Below, piece by piece: positions 18,738 through 24,000 of a DNA stretch of 24,000 nucleotides (its first letter is position 1; each line of letters begins with the position of its first letter). The translations under genes were made by a program, and so were the position numbers. Under the pieces are notes generated by a model. The model saw only the letters and a list, made by a program, of their open reading frames with translations, was not told where the DNA came from and did no database searches. The stretch spans positions 5,490,518-5,514,517 of the forward strand of contig OY781882.1 of the NCBI GenBank assembly GCA_963677125.1, written 5' to 3'. The DNA comes from an uncultured Desulfobacter sp. GTDB taxonomy: Bacteria; Desulfobacterota; Desulfobacteria; Desulfobacterales; Desulfobacteraceae.

Positions 18738-18786
18738 AAGGTACGGCAAAAAGAATAAGGCTACTGCTTAAGGAGAATTACCCTAT

Positions 18787-20664
18787 ATGGCACGTTTAAA
18801 TGAGTTTGAACTGTCCGTTATAAAAGTCACTGACAGTCCATTAATATACAAGGCGCAGATCCCTTCGGAGTGCACATTTTTTCAGGATGTCCGACGCTAC
18901 CAGAGTATTGGGCCCCAGATGGAAATCCGTATTATTCCGGTAAATGGGTTGATCGAGCTTGACTCGGACATGGAGCCCGTATCCTTTAATAAATTAAGCG
19001 GGGCCGAACGTAAGGCCCTGGTGGATTACCTGACGGTTCGTGTTGCAAGAGGCGATAATATCGGGTATGCATGGGCCTTTTTTCGGCCTGCGGATAAAAA
19101 AAGGTGCCTTGTGGCCTACGGCGGCAACGTGGTCCATGATGATACCTATACGGGAAAAGAACGCGTTACGGCTTTGCTTTCGGCGCTTAAAAAGCAAAAA
19201 GGCATCAGCAAAATGAAACGGCGCTGGTTTCCCTGGCTTGCCGCCCTTCTGCTTATATCTCTGGTCGTTTTTGCCGGGGTCAAATATGGCAATCTGGTAA
19301 AAAAGATTCCCTTTATCAGCAGTATCGGCAAGGCTTCCGGTCCTGAAATGCAGTTTTATGAATCCGTATTTCCTGATTTGTATGCCTGGCTGTCCAAGGG
19401 CGAGCCGGAACAAAAAGATGTGGCGAAAAAGCTTTTGAAAACCGAATACATCTCATCCATGCTTCACACCATGACCCAGCCTGATTACCTTCAGGACGGA
19501 GAGGAGGGGATGGACCGGGGCAACAGGCTGATCCTGTTTGTCTATTTTAATTATAACAAACAGGTTGAAGAGTTGATCAGTTCCCGTCGGTTGATTCTGG
19601 CAGGTACGGAATTCATTCGTTTGTCACGGATTTATTCAACCCTGCAGTCCGGATATGCTTCCAATATTTTTTATTTCAAGGTTGGAGATTTGAACATCCG
19701 GCATACGGAGATCTCCAATTACATGAAACAGAACATGATCTCCTATCATGATTTTAAAAAGATCAGGGATGAAAATGCCTTTGCAGAACTGATGGCCAGT
19801 GACCGTATCAGTTATAAAATGAAGGGTTTTTTGGAAAATGTGTACACCTTTACCCCTCTTCGCATTGACACAAAACTTGATGGTAAATCCTGGTACCTGC
19901 TCACCCGGAATAACAGTGCCGGCAATATAGATTTTGCCGCCTTTTTCCACCAGGGCAGCGCTACACTGGTTCCCAAACGCATAGGCCATCTGGTGCTCGG
20001 AGACAAGGGCCTGCCTGCAGACATGGCCTGGTATGCATTGGATGACAGCCAGGCCGGGGGGCTTAAACTGTCGGACAGTTCCCAAACCTATTTTAGTACA
20101 GAGACCGGCCAGACCAACCAGCTCGGTATTATCCAGAAACGCATTGATAGCTTAAATCTTTCCAAGGTGTCCGAAGGCCGGGTGAAGGTCAGCGTTCACC
20201 GGGAATTGCTCATGGGGGATGCAAAGGGCAAATACGGCATCCAGACCAATGATCCCATCACAAGCCTGGTGCTGTCCAACCTGATCACCAAATCATCCTT
20301 TGAACAGGAGGCCAATGTATCCCTCAAGCGGGACCCCATCCAGTTTAATACCACATTGATTCAGCTCTCCAAAGACGACAGTTTTTCAGTTCAGTCTGTG
20401 ACCATCACGCCGGGCACCACCAATATCATCCGCTTGTTTGAGCCTTTGGACAGTTTTAAGGCAACGTTTAGGGACGGCACTTCCACCACCTTTGAAAAGG
20501 CCAGTGTCAATTTGTTCAACCCATTTACGTTTATGGTATCCAGGGACAGCATCGTTTTATGTTTCCGTCATGACATTACTGACATGACCATCGAGGCCAA
20601 CGGCACGGAGCTTCAAGTCGTAAAGGCCAAAGACGGAAACTATCAGATTGTGAAAATCCCTTAG
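18787..20664 (+). CDS. Single-pass membrane protein of unknown family (about 140-aa cytoplasmic N-domain, TM, large predicted periplasmic domain)
   Basis: 625-aa ORF with RBS AAGGAG upstream. Basic residues KMKRR precede the TM segment WFPWLAALLLISLVVFAGV. No domain I recognise on either side. Confidence 0.85.
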   Translation: MARLNEFELSVIKVTDSPLIYKAQIPSECTFFQDVRRYQSIGPQMEIRIIPVNGLIELDSDMEPVSFNKLSGAERKALVDYLTVRVARGDNIGYAWAFFRPADKKRCLVAYGGNVVHDDTYTGKERVTALLSALKKQKGISKMKRRWFPWLAALLLISLVVFAGVKYGNLVKKIPFISSIGKASGPEMQFYESVFPDLYAWLSKGEPEQKDVAKKLLKTEYISSMLHTMTQPDYLQDGEEGMDRGNRLILFVYFNYNKQVEELISSRRLILAGTEFIRLSRIYSTLQSGYASNIFYFKVGDLNIRHTEISNYMKQNMISYHDFKKIRDENAFAELMASDRISYKMKGFLENVYTFTPLRIDTKLDGKSWYLLTRNNSAGNIDFAAFFHQGSATLVPKRIGHLVLGDKGLPADMAWYALDDSQAGGLKLSDSSQTYFSTETGQTNQLGIIQKRIDSLNLSKVSEGRVKVSVHRELLMGDAKGKYGIQTNDPITSLVLSNLITKSSFEQEANVSLKRDPIQFNTTLIQLSKDDSFSVQSVTITPGTTNIIRLFEPLDSFKATFRDGTSTTFEKASVNLFNPFTFMVSRDSIVLCFRHDITDMTIEANGTELQVVKAKDGNYQIVKIP

Positions 20665-20712
20665 AAACCAATGTTTTGAAGACATCAGCATCAAGGAGTT
20701 TTATTTAATCAT

Positions 20713-22218
20713 ATGTTTGATAACACAGACCGGCTTTTAAAAATCCAGGACGGTATCAAGGCAGTTATTCAGCAACTTGCCGAGCTGCCGGCCCGGCAGG
20801 TAGACCGGGTGGAAAAGGTCATTGAACGCTGCCAAAGGTGCCTGAAAACGGCACCGGAAACGGATTTGCCCGTGTACATCCACATTACGGGTACGGATAA
20901 ATCCTTTAAGACCAGCTATCTTTTAGACCTGTTTGACAATGACGCGCTTCGTAGGCTGTTTGCGGTCAAGCAGCGAAACACCTCGGAGAATACGGCGGTT
21001 CCCTGTCTTGTGGAACCGGTATCCTGGACCGACGAGGTGGTGGTCAGCCAGATCAGCATTTCCACGGGGAATGTAATCCGGGACCGTTTAACCCAGGAGC
21101 AGTTTAACCGGCTGTATGATCTGTCTTCCGGGGCAGAGCCGGATGATTATCTCATCCGGGTGGCTGTGCCCGAAGACCAGACCACCATGACATTGCCGGC
21201 CATCGAATATCCGGGGATTAAAGAGGGTGCGGATGCCGTTGAATTCCAAAAGGAGCGCCATGAGAAGTTCCAGGCCAATATGCTGGATTGCATGGAGCGC
21301 TATCCCGGCATCCTGGTGGCCTGTTTTCAGCACAAAATCGCCATTCCTCCGGGGCATCCTTTAGATGCCATTCTTAAAAAATACCGTACGGTATTGGAAA
21401 CCACCCACGCATACCAGAAATTGCCGTTAATTTTGTCTTTGCAGGGGGACAGTGCCGTGGCAAGTTATTGCGGCAATACCAATGTGGAGCAGGACCTTGA
21501 AAGCGATTTCAAAAGCTATAAAGCCTTTGAAACTGTTGTGCAATTGATTAACCCGTGTAACAGTGAATACCCGGTGAATTTTATCTCCCCGGGTCCACAC
21601 GTGGACACCTGGATACGCAATTTGTCCCGGTATAAAGATTTGCGTGAAATCAAAGATGAGATCAAAAAGGATGGGGGCATTGCCTGGTCCCGTCAGATGC
21701 TCGGCGATCTGTGCACCACCTCAAATATCAGAGACGCCCTTGACAATATGTTTTTGATGCCCTGGATCAAGAAGGCTGAAAAGGTGCATACCCAGGCCGT
21801 TGATCTGATTTATGCAATCGAAAGCTATGATGAAGTGGCCGACGTCAAAGAGCGCATGCGCAAAGCCATTCTCAACGATACCTACCAGAGCCTGAGGCAT
21901 TTTTTTGACCGGGAGATCCAATACAATGAAGAGGGGATAATTGAGGACCACAGCACGTTCTGGAATGCCATATTTACCCAGTACCTCGACCAGTTTTTGG
22001 CCGATACCCCCAAAAGCCAGGCCATTGCCGATGTCCTGTGGAAAAACTTGCACCAGCGCCTGGATCCCGAGAACAAAGGCTTTTTGAGTGCAGCGGAAAA
22101 GGATTTGCCCCACATCATCATGAATATGGCGGAATTTTATGTTCCCAATATGCTGGTGCGCGGTGATTTCACCCTTGTAGAAAGACGTATTAAAGAGGAT
22201 GGCCAAGATGTGGTTTAA
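20713..22218 (+). CDS. Divergent P-loop/dynamin-like or SrfC-like protein with non-canonical Walker A
   Basis: 501-aa ORF. VYIHITGTDKSFKTSYLLDLF resembles a P-loop but has F instead of G before K-T. QRNTSENTAVPCLVEP resembles a dynamin-type G2/switch region, and PAIEYPGIKEG resembles DxxG with E for D. AAGGAG lies upstream, somewhat far from the ATG. Confidence 0.65.
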   Translation: MFDNTDRLLKIQDGIKAVIQQLAELPARQVDRVEKVIERCQRCLKTAPETDLPVYIHITGTDKSFKTSYLLDLFDNDALRRLFAVKQRNTSENTAVPCLVEPVSWTDEVVVSQISISTGNVIRDRLTQEQFNRLYDLSSGAEPDDYLIRVAVPEDQTTMTLPAIEYPGIKEGADAVEFQKERHEKFQANMLDCMERYPGILVACFQHKIAIPPGHPLDAILKKYRTVLETTHAYQKLPLILSLQGDSAVASYCGNTNVEQDLESDFKSYKAFETVVQLINPCNSEYPVNFISPGPHVDTWIRNLSRYKDLREIKDEIKKDGGIAWSRQMLGDLCTTSNIRDALDNMFLMPWIKKAEKVHTQAVDLIYAIESYDEVADVKERMRKAILNDTYQSLRHFFDREIQYNEEGIIEDHSTFWNAIFTQYLDQFLADTPKSQAIADVLWKNLHQRLDPENKGFLSAAEKDLPHIIMNMAEFYVPNMLVRGDFTLVERRIKEDGQDVV

Positions 22219-23959
22219 TCTGTTCAAACGAAAAAAAAAGGAAGTGGATCAGTTCCAGCTGGAACTGGAGGATGACGGCAAACTTTATTATGAAACCATT
22301 GCCGGACGGACCCCAAGGGACATTCAGAACCACGAGGAATATATTCTTTTTATTGATTTTGGATCTTACCGGACCAGTGTGTTGTGCTGGCCCTGCAGCT
22401 TTGGCCGGGATAAAATCACCGACTCATGGCAGTATGTGGTCCATGGGGACTCCGATGCCCAGGGGGGATTTCCTTCGGCTTTTATTAATCCGCCTTCCGG
22501 TGATGAGCGCGATTTTGCCTTTGTACCCAATATGGGTCAAGATCGTGTCAGTTCAAGCCAGATTGTTAAAAGCGCCAAATATGAATTTGCCTCCAAATTT
22601 GCCGCCTACCGGGGCGATGTGCCCCAGTTCAAGCTTTATATCAAAAAGATTCTTGAACACAGTTTCAGATACATTACCGAACCCAATAAGGATCGGCCCT
22701 GGAACGGTCCTGCCATTCCGGTGATTACGGAAATCCGGGTTACTGTGCCGGACCTATTCATTGAAAATTTGAGAAACGGATACCGGGAAAACATCTATTC
22801 CGTGTGCATGAACCTCTCCTCTGACCGGAAATGGAAATGGTTGTTCCCAAGTGATTTGAGACATTTGCGTAAAACGTTTGTCAATATTTCTGCCGATGAA
22901 AGCGGGGCGTGTGAGCTTTATTTTTTAAACCTGATCAAGCAGTTGCCCTTCTGGGATCTGTCCGGTCAAAAAGATCGGCTGCCCAATTTAAAAGAAGTGG
23001 ACTTTATCTTTTCCCAGGCAGCCCAGAGAGACCCTAATACCGAAAATCTTCAGTTTGTGGTGTGTCACATCGACATTGGCGGTCTGACCACCGATGTCAG
23101 CGTTCTTCTGGCCAATACTTTCCAGGACCCGGCCCTTGGCATCACCACCGCCCTGAACCGAAAGGAATCCTTTTCCGAAAGAAAGGCCGGGGAGTATTTT
23201 GCCGAAGCCTTTGCCCAGACCAGGTTGCCGGAAGAAACCGGTCCCTGGTGGGACAGTGACCGGTTCATCAGCAGGGATTTTTCACGATTTTTGGAATTGC
23301 TGTGCGGCAAACAGGCCGGCTTGCTTAATAAATGGCGCCAGGACAAAAATCTGTCCGGCATCTACTTTCTGATTTCAGGTCGTCCGACCAAATCCGAAAA
23401 GGTCAGAAAAGCCATTAAAAAGCATATCCTCAAGGAGTTTAATAAGGATGAACTGCTGCTTTTGCCCGAGCATTGCCTGTTCATGGCCGATTACCGGCAT
23501 GTGGGCAAAAACCAGGAAGGCGAGCGCTATGCCAAAAAAATCTCCCACTTTGAAAAACTGATTACCCTGCTCGGCAACGTGTATACCTTGTACGATGGGT
23601 ATGAAATTTGTGTGGATGACCACAAGTATTATATTTCCATGGACACGGATACCCGGACCACGGCCCAGATGGAGGTGCTGCCCGGACGGATCTATAATAT
23701 GGAAGAGTTTGAAAATTACAAGAAATCTGCAGAGCACAATAACGTCAATCATTTGGCTTTTACCCGGTTTCCGGAAGGGGAGAACAGCACCCGGTTTCTG
23801 ACGGTAAAAACCATTGCCCGGCAGAACGCTTTTCCCGTTATCCGGGTAGCCCAGACCAATGACGGCCAGGCATGGATTATGCCGTCGCTGATGATTACGA
23901 ACCTGGAGCAGAATGATCAGGCGTTTGATTTGTCATGGGGGGCCTTGTCACTGGAATAA
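22208..23959 (+). CDS. Actin/Hsp70-superfamily ATPase-like protein (possibly SrfB-like)
   Basis: PHOSPHATE-1 motif ILFIDFGSYRTSVLCW, PHOSPHATE-2 motif VCHIDIGGLTTDVSVLL, ADENOSINE-type motif YFLISGRPTKSEKVRKAI, and the intermediate DESGACELYFL helix. ORF track start is 22199. AGAGG at 22194-22198 is better spaced for ATG 22208 (MWFNLFKRKKK). Overlaps the end of the upstream gene (TAA ends 22218). Confidence 0.8.
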   Translation: MWFNLFKRKKKEVDQFQLELEDDGKLYYETIAGRTPRDIQNHEEYILFIDFGSYRTSVLCWPCSFGRDKITDSWQYVVHGDSDAQGGFPSAFINPPSGDERDFAFVPNMGQDRVSSSQIVKSAKYEFASKFAAYRGDVPQFKLYIKKILEHSFRYITEPNKDRPWNGPAIPVITEIRVTVPDLFIENLRNGYRENIYSVCMNLSSDRKWKWLFPSDLRHLRKTFVNISADESGACELYFLNLIKQLPFWDLSGQKDRLPNLKEVDFIFSQAAQRDPNTENLQFVVCHIDIGGLTTDVSVLLANTFQDPALGITTALNRKESFSERKAGEYFAEAFAQTRLPEETGPWWDSDRFISRDFSRFLELLCGKQAGLLNKWRQDKNLSGIYFLISGRPTKSEKVRKAIKKHILKEFNKDELLLLPEHCLFMADYRHVGKNQEGERYAKKISHFEKLITLLGNVYTLYDGYEICVDDHKYYISMDTDTRTTAQMEVLPGRIYNMEEFENYKKSAEHNNVNHLAFTRFPEGENSTRFLTVKTIARQNAFPVIRVAQTNDGQAWIMPSLMITNLEQNDQAFDLSWGALSLE

Positions 23960-24000
23960 TGTCAGTGTTAGCTATTTAAGATGATTTCATAATACCACGA

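Noticed and set aside
19636-20085. Minus-strand 149-aa ORF inside the orphan membrane protein gene
   Set aside because: Antisense to a longer ORF with RBS and operon context; no independent evidence.
21721-22227. Minus-strand 168-aa ORF opposite the P-loop protein gene
   Set aside because: Antisense shadow ORF without family pattern.
1-24000. CRISPR arrays, tRNA or rRNA genes, transposase or phage genes
   Set aside because: Looked for by eye; no regularly spaced repeats, tRNA-like cloverleafs, rRNA signatures or integrase/transposase motifs found.

Overview
The window looks like deltaproteobacterial (Desulfobacterales-type) chromosome; that assignment is an inference. It has four blocks. 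(1) Minus strand, about 11.7 kb down to 1: an eight-gene signalling cluster transcribed leftward. It starts with a complete stressosome-like RST-X module: RsbR-like PAS-STAS, RsbS-like STAS, RsbT-like ATPase/kinase and RsbX/SpoIIE-like PP2C phosphatase. This runs directly, with ATGA start/stop overlaps, into a soluble hybrid histidine kinase, a REC-HD-GYP regulator, a BvgS-like hybrid kinase with two extracytoplasmic sensor modules, and a second receiver gene truncated by the window edge. (2) Plus strand, 12.2-15.5 kb: a REC-coiled-coil protein followed by a FapA/DUF342 protein whose N-terminal receiver has lost its key catalytic residues. (3) Minus strand, 15.7-18.5 kb: an FAD-dependent amine oxidase-like protein, two YbjQ/UPF0145-family proteins (one membrane-anchored) and a membrane-anchored M48 metalloprotease. 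(4) Plus strand, 18.8-24 kb: an uncharacterised three-gene operon encoding a single-pass membrane protein of unknown family, a divergent dynamin/SrfC-like P-loop protein with a degraded Walker A motif, and an actin/Hsp70-fold ATPase. Block 4 is the best candidate for an undescribed system. A 145-bp near-perfect inverted repeat, possibly MITE-like, sits between the convergent genes at 15.54-15.69 kb.
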